From a virus, in the IMG/VR virus record IMGVR_UViG_3300001279_000031, positions 1-64,000 of that record: DNA of 64,000 nucleotides. One strand, written 5' to 3'. The notes below the pieces were generated by a model. It worked only from the letters and a program-made list of their open reading frames with translations. It did no database searches and was not told the origin of the DNA. Shown here piece by piece: positions 1 through 13,298 of the stretch. The first letter of the stretch is position 1; every line of letters begins with the position of its first letter. Both the position numbers and the translations under genes were made by a program.

Positions 1-2
1 AT

Positions 3-200
3 AATATTAAGTTATTATATGTAAAATCAACAACTCCTCCGTCGTTGCTTGGTGATATTGGCGGATCATTAACTAATATATATGTTCCATCTGGATGTGC
101 TGCGGCATATCAAGCAGCTACTTACTGGTCTAATAAATCTAGTATTATTTCAGAATACACGTCAATACCATCAGAATATGATACGGTAAGTACATATTAA
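3..200 (+). CDS. 3' end of a BspA-like leucine-rich-repeat (LRR_5) surface/tail protein, partial
   Basis: Frame 3 is open to TAA at 198-200: ...KSTTPPSL...TNIYVPSGCAAAYQAATYWS..., the typical C-terminal cap of Bacteroidota BspA-type LRR proteins. Confidence 0.65.
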   Translation, partial: NIKLLYVKSTTPPSLLGDIGGSLTNIYVPSGCAAAYQAATYWSNKSSIISEYTSIPSEYDTVSTY

Positions 201-221
201 TAAAATAAAAAAAAATAAAAA

Positions 222-3065
222 ATGTTAACAATAGGAAAAAACGAAGCATCTTCGTATAAAAATAAAGGCTATGAGTATCTTGGTATTTGTAGTACTGATA
301 CACAACCAATAAACAAATACAATAAACGCGATAAAGTTTATTATTTATATAGTTCAACAATTGGTCAAAACACTTTTAAATACATCGGTATTGACTTTGT
401 TGCCGATAGTTCATCTTTATATGCTATTGCTTGGAATGGTAACTCTTGGGAATATGAAAAATTGCCAGGTGTATCGTCTAATGGTAATAGTACTCAGCAA
501 TATGTAGATCCAACAAATTATTTATATGTTGCAAAAAATGGGTTGGATACAAACAATGGTGCAGCAGAAACTCCGTTTCTAACAATATCAGCAGCAATGA
601 GTGCTGCTAGTTCTGGTACTACTATTTGTGTGTTCCCCGGTACATATACCGAAAATCTTACTTTTAAAGCAGGTGTAAACATAGACTGCCAAATTAAATT
701 TGGAGTTACTATAATAGGTAATCATATAGCAAATTTTAGTGGTACTGTTATACTTGACAATATATTACTTAATAGTACCAGTGGTAACACCTTGTCTATA
801 TCAGGTAGTAGTGCATCTAATCTACAATTAATAGGATCTTCGGTTTATTCTGCAACAGGTGATGCCATTAACTGGTCTAATACAAACAGTTCAAGTAAGT
901 TATATATAGAAGATTCCACCATAGTAGTGGCAACATCAGGTAGTTCAGCTAGAGCATTCTATTCCGCTTCAACAGCTGCAGGTTCTGTAATATTAAACAG
1001 AACTACGTTAAAATTAAATAGTGCAGCAAACGTATGTGTTGCTTTAAATGGTAGTATAAGTTTTATTCATACCTCTGATGTAGTTTATGGCGGTATTACT
1101 GTTGCAAATTCAGCTAGTTATGTGGGATAGTTAGTAGCTTTAACTGCTACTGGTATACCATGTATAACTACAAGTTCAACTGGTACTTCGATGCTATTTG
1201 CTTGCACTTTAACTTCAAACGTTACGCCTATTCAAGGTTCCGGAGCATTTGTTTATTCTGCACTAACTTATGGAAGTACAGGAGTAGGTGCGGCAAGTAC
1301 TTTAAATGGTGGTATTGGAGCTGTAGCATTACCAATGTCTCCAATGGCTTTAAGAGCAGCTACTTTAAAACCTACAGTTCAAGATGGATTACTAGAATAT
1401 GATGGGACAAATCCTTATTTTACAATAGGTACATCCAGAGCAACTATTAAAGAATTATTATTTAGGGACTTGTGGAATGATGTTTGCGGAACTTATGGTA
1501 AATACAATAATGTATCTGGTTATTATGAATTTAATGGAGTAACTAATCTTACTTATGCGCAAGCTGTTACTATTTATAATAATAGGATACAACCAGAGAA
1601 TGTGTTATCTTGTGGAGTACAATTTAATTTTGATTCTCCTGCAACAGCATTGACAAGGATAGGTAATGCTGATATTAAAGATGAAATATTTTCAACTTGT
1701 ATTAGACCTGTTACTTTAAATGATTCGGGTGTTGTAACTCAAGAATTGGCTACTAATATCAATTATAAGACTAATGGTCAAGCATCTGATCTAACAGGAG
1801 CAAGTGGGCAATGTATGGTTGGTATTAAGAAATTCTATATCAAAAGAACAACTGATACTCAAAATAGACTAACTAAACTTCAATTTTCTTTAGTTCCACT
1901 CCCTGGATTTACCTTACATGAAAAATTTACTTGGGGTAATGGTAGAGATGAGATTTTTGTCGGAATGTTCGAGGCGTCAATTTCGGGAACATTAATACAA
2001 AGTATCGTTGGAGGTTCTATTTATAATAATGTAACTTTAGCAACGGCTAGAACTAAAGCAGTAGCTAGAGGGACAGGATGGCACACGTATGATTTTTATA
2101 CACAAGATGTAATTCAGTCACTTTGGTATTTATATTTCGCTGAATTGAATTCACAAGTAAGTTTGCCGGGATATACAGAATTATCAACAGCTTATCCGAA
2201 TGCTTACTATAGAACTACAGGAAGAACAAAAGTACTTACAGGAATAAACGGTAGCGTAGCGGCTGATGCAACAAATGATTCTGATATTTATTCAGGAATT
2301 GCGGAACATGTAAGATTACCTTTTATAGCTGGAGTTTCTGTTAGTGGTAATATAGTAATCACATTAGGTACTTATGTAAATACTATTCCAGTAACCACAT
2401 CATATTCAACAGCGGCGTTGTTGGCAGCTTATATAGCCACTTTAACTTTTACAGGATATACGGTATCTTATACAGCAGGTAATACTTATGTAGATTTTAT
2501 AGCAACTACTATCGGAACAGTTAATACGCATACTTATGATGCAGGTACTACTGGAGCTACATCAGCTGGTTTTAGTTTTATCCAACCTGGACTTTCTTGG
2601 AACGATACAAATAAATATATAGCAAATAGATTTTTTTGGATAGAAAATGTGTTTGGTCATGTATGGACAATGATAGACGGTTGCTCTCCTGATGGAAGAG
2701 TAGCAGGATCAAAGCATATGTTCGCTACGCCGAATCCTAACTTATTCAGTTCAGATCAAGCAACAATATTATCTACTTATACTGACTTGGGAATTCCGAT
2801 GGCATCTTCTTCCAATGAATCCTATATGAGTTCTATTGGGGCATACGGTAATCCAATTACTTTAGAAGGAAGTTCATCTACTTATGTAACCGATTATGAT
2901 TGGTCTTATTTGGCTGATACCACTAGAGATTATTGTCGCCTGTTGCGCGCTGGTGGCGCTTTGAATAATTCGGCGCAGGCGGGTGTCGCGGCTTGTTATT
3001 CGGCTTACGACTTGGCGCTTGCGAACTCGATTAGCGGGTTTCGGCTTTGCTTTGAAAAGAATTAA
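222..3065 (+). CDS. Tail fibre / receptor-binding protein (947 aa with one TAG read through); beta-helix-like N-terminal half, C-type-lectin-like C-terminus
   Basis: ORFs 222-1130 and 1191-3065 are in the same frame, separated only by TAG 1128-1130. Motifs YVAKNGLDTNNG..PFLTISAA..PGTYTE, then IENVFGHVW and GG....GFRLCF. Confidence 0.8.
2932..3055 (+). repeat. Candidate DGR variable repeat (VR) at the tail fibre 3' end
   Basis: Abrupt GC rise (35/60 GC in line 2941 vs 22/60 in line 2821); encodes RAGGALNNSAQAGVAACYSAYDLALANSISGFRL, the CLec-type VR pattern. Confidence 0.55.
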
Positions 3066-3081
3066 ATAAAATAAAAAAATT

Positions 3082-3402
3082 ATGATAGGAAATAGCATTG
3101 AAAAGCCATCTAAGTCTGAATTTTTAGATGGTAAGTTCCAAATAAGATGGAACATACAGGAAGTGACAAAAATATTGGATGATGGAAGTACACGTACAGA
3201 ATATTCGTATGAATATAATACTCAATATATCATCACCGAGTTAACTAAAGATGAGATAATCAAAGCGATTATTGCTGAAAGATATTCTTATGCTGATGAA
3301 ATTAAATTAGCTTTTAATAGAGAAACTGATTCAGCTGAGAGATTAGTTCATGAAACTTTAGTAGCTAATTCTAAAGTATGGGCTGATGAAATATTAGCAT
3401 AA
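3082..3402 (+). CDS. Small tail-fibre-associated protein (chaperone-like)
   Basis: 106-aa ORF directly after the tail fibre; IIKAIIAERYSYADE pattern typical of Bacteroidota phage fibre neighbours. Confidence 0.6.
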   Translation: MIGNSIEKPSKSEFLDGKFQIRWNIQEVTKILDDGSTRTEYSYEYNTQYIITELTKDEIIKAIIAERYSYADEIKLAFNRETDSAERLVHETLVANSKVWADEILA

Positions 3403-3425
3403 CAATATTTAATTTAAAAAATATA

Positions 3426-3851
3426 ATGGAAATAAGTTATGATTGCTTGAAAGCAATAAAAAGGTTTGAAGGTTTCAAATCAAAAGCGTATAAATGTCCA
3501 GCTGGAGTTTGGACTATCGGCTATGGCCATACATCTGGTGTAAAAAAGGGTATGGTTGTATCTGATACAACAGCAACATTAACATTAAAACAAGATTTAG
3601 CTAAGCGTGAATCATTCTTAAACTAGTTAAATTTTAGATTAACTCAAGGACAATTTGATGCCTTAATAGACTTTATATTCAATATTGGTACAACTAATTT
3701 CTTAAATAGTTAGTTGTACCAACTATTAAAGTCTAAAGCTAAGTCAATAGACGTAGCTAAACAATTTAAACGTTGGGTTTATGCTGGTGATGAAGTATAG
3801 CCAGGATTAGTAGCTCGTCGTGATTGGGAATATAATAAATATATACAATAA
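3426..3851 (+). CDS. Phage lysozyme/endolysin (GH24), 141 aa, 3 in-frame TAG
   Basis: IKRFEG..AYKCPAGVWTIGYGHT continues through TAGs at 3624, 3711 and 3798 into LTQGQFDALIDFIFNIG and PGLVARR; ends TAA. Confidence 0.92.
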
Positions 3852-4474
3852 TGAAATTAATAAGTTCTATATCCAAATGTCTAAGTGCTATTACGCACAA
3901 TGAATATTTGGGTAAATTCTGTATAGCAGCTTCTGCTTTTTTATCAAGTTTCTTTTTACCAGTATTACCTGTTATAATACTTTGTTTTGTTGCTATACTT
4001 ATAGATTGCTATTACGGTATAAAAGTAGCATATAAGTAGAAAGCAAAGATAGAATCTAGGTTAAGTTGGCATGGGAGTATTTCAAAAATAAAAGAAACGT
4101 TTATTGTACTAGTATTAGCGCGTGCTATAGAATACTTCATATTTAAGCAAACCGGATTATACATACTAACTTGTGGTGCTGCTTTACTTATAACTTTAAC
4201 TGAAGTATGGTCTATATTAGAAAACATGAATACAATCAATCCCTATGGTCCATGGAAAGCGATAAGTACATTCTTACGTAAAAAGGGTAATGACTTCTTA
4301 GGTTTGGATATACAAGCATTGCAAGAAGGACAAATTAAAACAACAGCATATGTGGGTCTTAACAATAATCAAGAAATTACTACCAAAAACACTGAAGTTT
4401 CTAAAGCATCACCTATTTCTGATGCTCTCAATGGTACTTCTTTGCTTAACGGTATATCTATACAAGCAAAATAA
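3851..4474 (+). CDS. Holin (207 aa, 1 in-frame TAG)
   Basis: ORFs 3851-4039 and 4226-4474 joined across TAG 4037; about 3 hydrophobic segments and EVWSILEN motif; follows lysozyme with 1-nt overlap. Confidence 0.8.
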
Positions 4475-5021
4475 TAAACTAGTTACACAAGTTAATAATG
4501 CGACTTCAAACGTTGTAGCATATTAGGGTATTATAAATCAGCGTACTGATTCAAACCGTGTATTAAAATTATCAATTTCTGATTTATCTGAACAAAACGA
4601 TCTCCTGTTATAGAAATATGATAGCGTTCGTGCTGCACATAAAATAGACAGTGATGATATTACAACAGGTTCTATTTAGTCAACAAAGATAGATACTTTA
4701 TTTATAACAAAAATAAAGTCTGATACTACTTATAACAAAGATAATAGATGTAACTTTAAACAAACAATAGCACCTAACAAGTTAACATCAATTACAGTAG
4801 AATTAATAAATGATTCATTAAACGTTAAACTAGATATACATAATAATCAATATTTGTTTATATACAACAAGCGACAATATAAGCATAAAAAGAACTTTAT
4901 AAAACGTTTATTCACATTAGACTTTAAACGTATTACCATTACTTAGTATTAGATAGTCAATGATAATAAACTTATAAAAATAGATGATTCTAGAGTCTTT
5001 GAATCTACTAAAGAAAATTAA
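4350..5021 (+). CDS. Spanin-like (Rz-type) membrane-anchored protein, 223 aa, several TAG; missing from the ORF track
   Basis: MWVLTIIKK...FLMLSMVLLCLTVYLYKQ (N-terminal TM) then a coiled-coil-like region; only TAG interrupts until TAA 5019-5021; position in the lysis cassette. Confidence 0.65.
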
Positions 5022-5023
5022 CA

Positions 5024-5710
5024 ATGGAAATATTTTCATTAAACGCACTTATAGATGATATATTATTGACAGCACGAAATAATGCTATTAGTCAATCTGA
5101 AGATCTATCGAGGGCACAAATAGAAAGCTGGATACATCAGTATCGTGCTTTACTGATTAAATAGCAAATAGATAAAGGTTATGATATTGACAATAGTTAT
5201 TTATAGGAACTTGATAATGTTCAAATATCACAAATGCCTATAAATACTATTGATACTATATCTGATTCTAGTACTGATAGACCAGATTTCTATTTATATC
5301 GTAGTATAAATAAGATACCAAAACCTATAAACTTATAGGAACTTGGTAATGGTATAATCAGTGTACAAGATCTATATAACAATAACATATAGAAATTATC
5401 AGAACAACGTGTATCACTTTAGAAATATCGTAAATATACAAGTCAAGAATACACATTTCATTATTAGAAGCCATATATGTATATATATGGTCCAGATGCA
5501 CTCAGGTATATACGTATTCGTGGTGTATTTGACAATCCTGTTGATGCTGGCTTAGATCCAGATGATGTATATCCAATACCAATAAACATGATACCTACAT
5601 TAAAACAAATGATATTTACTAATGAACTAAAATTTATGTTTAGTTTACCATCAGATGATCGTAATGATGAAACGCTAGATACTATAAAAAATAATGGTGA
5701 AACCAAATAA
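5024..5710 (+). CDS. Conserved crAss-like structural (tail ring-type) protein, 228 aa, TAG-recoded
   Basis: MEIFSLNALIDDIL..QIESWIHQYRALLIK..; in frame with ORF 5477-5710 (IRIRGVFDNP..YPIP); gene order. Confidence 0.7.
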
Positions 5711-6140
5711 TAAGCAGTCTTATAGTTTACACGACTTTTACGATGTATACACAGTTGATTATACGCGATTTAAGGTACCATACAGGCTCTACAAGAGCGT
5801 TTTAGATCGTTTTAATACAATTATACTACAAAAACTTTTTAGTGGCTTAGAAGAGCTTAAAATGCCATTTGGACTAGGTTCTATTTGCATAATAAAGTAT
5901 AAGCCACTATACTTTGACGGGCGATCGTTATCAATAGATTATAAGTTATGTAAACAATATAATAAACTTATTTATTTTTTAAACGAGCACTCTGATGGTT
6001 ATAAGTATAGGTTATATTGGCAAAGAAAGTAGAAACCTACATACATAACGCAATATAGTCTGTCGCTTGTTAGGTAGAATAAACGCAAGTTAGCACAAAT
6101 TATAAAAAATAAAGAACACGATTTTATAGAATTAATATGA
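5694..6140 (+). CDS. IHF/HU-like protein conserved in crAss-like phages, 148 aa, 2 TAG
   Basis: ORF 5694-6032 extends through TAG to TGA 6138-6140; LKMPFGLGSICIIK..FLNEHSDGYKYRLYW; position before tail tubular gene. Confidence 0.7.
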
Positions 6141-6985
6141 TATATAAATATACTACATGCGAACCGATTATTGCTAAAATATTGTCTGATCAGGACATAT
6201 CGGATATTGGCTAGCGTACAACAGATATAAAAGAATGGATATTTGAAGCATTGGAAAAAATTGGTGCACCACAGCAATATGATCATAAAGAATCTAATAC
6301 TGAAAGTACACCACTTCTTCATATCGTTAATTATTAGGCTCAACTTCCTTAGGATCTTGTTAGTCTAGAATAGGTAGCATGCTCACGTTCAAATAATGGG
6401 CCATGGCGATCAATGTGGTTGTCTACTGGCTCATTTAAATTAAAACCAGATGCTGGTGATGCTGGTATGAGCGACTTTACTACTGATGAATCTAAATAGG
6501 GTACTATGAACGATGATGACGAATACCCGATACTAGTAAAGTTTCCTACTAATAAAAATACAACAAATTTTGCTGTAGACCCTCAATACTTTTTAAAACC
6601 AGGTTATATAGTAACTAACATCAAAGAAGGGTACTTGAAATTAGCTTATAAGGCAATATCAACAGATGATCGCGGTTATCCACTGATACCAGATTTAACA
6701 TCTTATCAAGAAGCAATATATTGGTATGTTGTAATGAAATTGAGTTGGCCTTTATATTATTCTGGTAAGTTACGTTCAGAAGTATACTATAGCATACAGT
6801 CGTCGTGGAACTTTTATCGTAAGCAAGCTTATGCTGAAGCGATGATGCCAAACGATGATCAAATGACTAGTATTAAGAACGAATGGCTTAAATTAGTACC
6901 AGAAATTGATGAAGAATTAACATTCAATTCAAACATAGGTAAACAACAAAAACTGTGGAATAACTATTATGGCAGAATCTACTAA
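6137..6985 (+). CDS. Tail tubular / ring protein, 282 aa, TAG-recoded
   Basis: ATGA overlap with previous gene; IKEWIFEALEKIG..GYPLIPD..YQEAIYWYVVMK..WNFYRKQA; in frame with ORF 6506-6985. Confidence 0.75.
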
Positions 6986-9900
6986 TCAACAACAATTACC
7001 ATAGCAAACCAATCAGTTTACTGGTGGTATGAATACAGATATCTCTGATCCATTGTTAAAAGAAACAATGTACAGAGACGCTGTAAATTTACGTCTGTTA
7101 ACCAATCAAGATAGTAACGGTTATTCACTGCATACCGTTGATGGTACATCGGATGCTATAACATTTGTTAGTCCAATTGATAATTCTACAGTAATTACAG
7201 TAAGTGGTAATATAATAGATCAAACAACAATACGTAAATATAATGTAGTTATATCAGTAGATACTAATAATAATTGGTTTGTATATAAATACGATACTAC
7301 TAGTAATTTAGGCACTGATTTAAATCCAAAATATGTTTTAACTTAGGTATTTGCTTGTAGTACTGGTACAAATTTGTATAACGATACTACTGGGTATCAC
7401 TTAAGTACTGTAACTAAATGGGAAGATGATGACAATATTAAGGTATATATTGCAGATGGTAATAATCCGATACGTATTATAAATATAGCAAAGACATATA
7501 CTACCACTACTGATAATTCTTTGTTTATATATCCATCAACTACATTCAATCCATTACAATTATTTGCAATAACAAACGGTAATCTTAAAGCTGGCACAAT
7601 TCAATACTGTTATCAATTGTATAGTAAAAATGGTAGTGAAACTGAAATATCACCTTTAACACAATTGTATCCAATTGCATTAGGTAATGCGTCTACTGAT
7701 GCTAAATATATTACTGGACAATATTATGATTATTCAACTAGTATTGGTATGACTGTGTCGTTAGATATAACATAGGACTATGTTAATAATTTTGATCATA
7801 TAAAGATAATATCTGTATTTTATACGTAGAATGGTCAATTACCTACTATATCGTTATTAACAGAGTAGTCTATATCTCTTGGTACTTTTTATTATACTAA
7901 TTATGATAACACAGCAATTAATACTTATACTTTAGATGAATTTAATGCATTAACTGGTATTAAATTTGTGCCAAAGTTGATAGAAACTAAAAACAATTAT
8001 CTTTTTGCCAGTAACATAAAGTATCGTGATAATCTATATGATGTTACTTATGATGCTAGAACATATCGCTTTATGTATCCTTGGTCTACTGAAGCACAAT
8101 GCATTGGTGATGGAATTTATCCAACAACTACTGTGTGTGTTAGTGATATGATAACTGATGTTTATGATGCATCTACAAACATTTATACTACGTTTACACA
8201 AGATCAAATCGGTTCGATAAATATAAATTCTACAAATGATTGTATAAATAAATATAATGATCTTAATGTCAATTGTACTTCTTTTTATTATTATCGATTT
8301 GCTAATGATCATACTAAAACCAAGTATGCTTATTATTTAAGTCCATTTACATATACTACTGAAGGTCCTGCTCATTAGACTATAACTATTACAGAAAACA
8401 GAATTACTTATGGCGGAATAGGACCTAATATACAATGGCGATTTACGGTTGGTGAATTAGCTGAAGATACTACTCCATCTCCGAATAAATTTTTGTATGG
8501 TTCAACCAGTGGCAACCGATTATATGGTTCAAAAGGGTGTAGTGAGGGTTCTTCGTATTTATATGATAGCAAAGCAGGATCTTTTTAGGGGGTGTGGTTA
8601 TGGAATGTACTATATGATGGCACATTAACAAACAGACACTTTTATAAACTTTAGGACTCTATTACGCAATCAACTAGGAATTATTCAAATCCGATTATAG
8701 CTTAGAAGTTAATGTCACTGCAAAGAGATGAAGTATATCGCTTTGGTATTGTGTTTTACAACAAATCTGGAATTAAATCTTAGGTTAATTGGATAGGCGA
8801 TATACGTACTCCATCTGCTTCAGAACTTGGTTTTGAGACGTTTATAGCTAACAAGAAAGTATCGTTTTTGGCAGATGAAAGTGACACTTTTGAATGCGGT
8901 TTAGTTACTAGACCATTAGGTATAGAGTTTTTTGTTTCTAATTTACCAACTGATGCTGTTGGATATGAAATTGTAAGGTGCAAAAGAACTAATAATGATA
9001 GAGCTACATTAAGTCAAGGTATAATATCAACAATTGCATCTAGAACTACAACTGATACTACAGATAGTTCAAAAACAATAACTTAGTAGTTATCACCTTC
9101 TATATTTCCTATATCTAGTCATCTTTACGAATCGACAGTTGGCGGTTTAAATGGTACTGATAACTATGGTACTATGCATTATTACACTTATGGTAATATG
9201 AATTATTATAATTTTTATTCCCCAGAAATATCATATGATTATGACAATTATAAAACATTATTAAATTACAACGAATTGTCATTATATCCATTTTCATATT
9301 TATTCAGTGCTAATGCTCAAGGTAATACCGCATCTCCAATACATTCTGCAGTTACTGATTTGTATTGTTATGATAAAACAAATCCAGTATCTACAAAAAC
9401 TACAGATTTGTAGGATTTTGAAACGGATGGAAGTGTAATAAATCCTGGTACTTTGTATATTTATAATTCTAAAAATCAAACTGTTTGTAACAATACCTTT
9501 GGTGATTCATCAACGTATATATCAAATTTTGGTAAATATGCAGTAAGCGCTAAGTTTTATGAGCAAACAGATAAATTAAATCATACTGATGACTATAGTA
9601 AATTATCAAGTACCGTATGGTCATTAACGGACTTAGCGTTTCCTTTAGAAGCAACTTGGTCTGATTATGAAAATAGGGATTCGTTTATTTCGTCATTAAA
9701 TGGTAATCTATACAATAACTGGATTAGAGGTTTATATACTAACAACACAGTAACTCCATCAGATACAAATACATTACAAGGACTAAATGGTAGAAGTATC
9801 GCTTTATCTATTACTGTTAGTAATACTTTCTTGACAACATATACATTAAATAGTAATAATAGAAAAGTAGCTACTACAGATGTAGTTGATTCTAGTATAA

Positions 9901-11492
9901 CAAGATTGGCAACATCATAGGATATAACAGATTATGAAACATATAATATATACCCAGAATCTAGAGCTGGAGTAATATTATGTAATTTACGTAGGCCTAT
10001 AACTCCTTATAGTGGATATGATTATAATACAAGATAGTATAGTACATATTATTCAAATGGTAATTATAATACAATAACTACATCATTTACACCATTATTT
10101 GTTGGTGATGTCTATATATGTAATTTTGATTGCGTTAAAATGCACAGATATCATTATAGTAGTACATCAAATGATTATAGTACAGAGTCTAGTACATGGA
10201 ATAAAGCTTTATAGCGTATGTGTGTAGACTTTGTAGTTCCTGTTGAAACTTTTATAAATTTATCATATGATCAAGGTCCAACGTATCATCGTTCTAATTA
10301 GACAGAAATACAACTATAGATATCAGATGTTAATAACTTATATCAACAGACTAAACCATTATATACTTATAATACAGTATATTCACAAATATCACAAGCT
10401 GTACCATTAATGCCAATAAACGATGAAGATAAATATAACAAAACCGTTGATACACGAACACTATATTCTAACAAAAAGACTAGTGACGAAAGTGTTGATA
10501 GTTGGTCAATATTTTAGTCAGCAAATTATTTAGATGCAGAAAGTAGATATGGTGAAATAACAGATTTACGATAGTTTAATAACGATTTAATCTTTTGGCA
10601 AAGAGATGCCACAGGACATTATTCTGTATTAGAAAAATCAGTAATCACTGACAATAGTCAATCACAATTAGTTCTTGGTACTGGCGAAGTATTAAGTAGA
10701 TATGATTATCTTTCAACGGTTAATGGTATGAAGGCTAATTAGCAATGTGACACATAGTCTGAAAATTATTTATATTGGTTTGATTATGACCGTAATGAAC
10801 TATGTATGTATAGTACAGGTAATGGTATAAATCAGATATCAAAATTATATGGTGTGTAGAATTATTTAAATAATATAAAAATAAGTGATTCACACGTATT
10901 AATACCATCACTGCAATATAATAATTATTATAACGAAGTAGTTGCTACTTTAGAAAACAATTACTCGTTAATATATAATGAAGCATTAAGATTATTTACA
11001 GGTAGAACATCATTAATTACAAATGAAGCATCTATTGTAAATAACGGTTATGCGTATTATGCTAATAATAATAATATTTATAGAGATATGCATTATCGTC
11101 GTACTCCTTTAAGAATATTAGGTAGTCGTAAAGATCCATCATTAAAATATTTAGTTAATTCTTATTATAACTTTGTGAAAACATTCGATAATGTTGAATT
11201 AGCATTAGGCTATAATAATAATAATCTTGCTGATTATACAGCATTGGATATAAGTTTTAGCACTGATTCATATACAGATATGAGTCAAAACGGTGTATTA
11301 CCTTCATTGAGTGGCGATTAGTTATCACGGCGTGAATATAGTTATCGTGGCGCTATTCCTAGATATGGTAACTCTGACTTGGGGAATAGATTACGTGGTA
11401 GAGTGCTATATTGTACTCTTACTTATAATACAGATATGTATGGTTTAGAACTACCGTATGTTTTAACAAAATTTAGAGTTTCAAATAGTTAA
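6969..11492 (+). CDS. Tail stabilization / muzzle protein, ~1507 aa, many TAG
   Basis: NQFTGGMNTD N-terminus, SLQRDEVYRFGIVFYN motif; ORF-track fragments 7029-11321 share one frame and end in TAG; final TAA 11490-11492. Confidence 0.82.
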
Positions 11493-11493
11493 A

Positions 11494-13281
11494 ATGAATA
11501 AAAATAAAAATCAAAAGTCTAAACGGCTTAAAAAATATGATGACGGTAAACTAGGTAATCTAGTTGCTGGTCAATAGAATACAACTACTGACGCGTTAAT
11601 GTAGTAGATGATGCAAATGCAAAAAACCTAGCAATTAGGTAATAATATCAATGGCGCATTATCTTTTGCATCAAATCTTTATGGTAATTTTAGCAAACCA
11701 TAGTTTACGACAGCGCAAACATCTACACAAACTAGTGGTCCTGTTTCATACAAGCAATACGATAATGTAGATTCATCGTAGGAAATGAGTAATTTAAACA
11801 AACAGAACACATCAAATGACATAAATTCTGCAACACAAGGAGCTTCTCTTGGATAGAGTATAGGTGGCCCAATCGGTGCTGCGATAGGTGGAGTTGCTGG
11901 TTTAGTTGGTGGCTTATTCGGTGGTGCATCTAGAAAAAGATAGATGAAAAAGATGATTGCTAATAAAAATCAACAAGTATAGAATACTAATAATTTTAAT
12001 GAAGGTGAAGCTGATACGTCATACTTATAGCAATAGTATGGTATAAAACATGGTTCTACACAAGATGATAATTTATTTAATAATGGTAAAAACGCTGATA
12101 CAAAAATTAACAGTAATATACCAAATTCACTTGTTGGTAAGGGTGAAACTATAGTAAATGGAGATAACGGTAATTTGTAGGAAGTTACTAATGGTTCTAG
12201 AGTTGGGACAGATGATGTTAAAGCCAGAATATTACCTCAAGATGCTGTTGCTGGTAATAAAATAAATTCAGAAACTGGTAAAACATTTGCTTAGGAAATG
12301 AGACCGTTATCTAGAATGGAAAAAAAGTTAGATAGGAATAGTGATAGAAATAGTAATATAATAGCACAAAATACAGCAGATATGGTTAAACGATATACGC
12401 AACCTATAGCACAATAGATATTAGCTTAGTAGGAATAGCAATTAAATAACAACAAAACTAATAAATACAGTAATGGTAAAGCATCTGATTATTTATCTGC
12501 TGGGTTAAATAATTTGGCTAATTTAGCACCATCAATATATAATATATTTAAAGGTAGCGAAGCTACTTAGACAGTATCTCCTTAGAACTTTTATACTGGT
12601 AATCCGTATCAATAGTAGGCTCTTCAAGCGTTATTATAGAATAAGTATAACATAAATCCAGAATTAGATGCAATACAAAGGCAATAGAGTATTGGTAAAT
12701 ATAATACTAGAGCATTAGGTAATGAATCTGGTATAAATAGAGCAATGGATGTTGAAAACAATATCGAAGGACAACGTTAGACAGCTGACTTGTTATCTAA
12801 GAAATAGCAAATAGATCAATAGAATATTACGAATTGGTCGAATGCAGCAATGCAAGCAGGTGCTTAGCAAGCAGCTCAATACAGTGACGCTGAACAAAAA
12901 GCATATGATATAAATATGAGAAATTCTGCTGCAAAGAACGCTTATACTGTTGCTGGTTTACAAGGTATGTCCGACTACAATTAGAATCAACAAAAGAATG
13001 CTAATCAAAATAAAATGGATATGTTCTAGTTGGGTCTTATGCAGCAATTATATGGTTTATATCATGCCGATTCTGTTTAGAAACAAGCGGCATCTGTTAA
13101 TCAACTTAATAATGTGACAAAGAAATATAATCCAGTCAATAATACTTCTAATTTAATATTCACTCCAAACATGTTATTATAGCCAACGCAATCAGCAGTT
13201 GGTAGTTCTTATTTACCTAATTAGGGTACTGTATGGAATGATTACAATAATCCATTTTCATTTAACAAATGGTCTAAATAA
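11494..13281 (+). CDS. Virion cargo/ejection protein, ~595 aa, Gln-rich with a glycine-zipper segment; missing from the ORF track
   Basis: Open from ATG 11494 to TAA 13279 apart from TAGs; GASLG*SIGGPIGAAIGGVAGLVGGLFGG; position after muzzle. Confidence 0.72.
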
Positions 13282-13298
13282 TACTAAAATTATATAAA

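Noticed and set aside
3798-3800. TAG = Leu, suggested by lysozyme V*PGL and by the presence of leuS
   Set aside because: RNAP motifs (RVPT*, LRQ*L, CT*) and Gln-rich contexts favour Gln; one column is not enough
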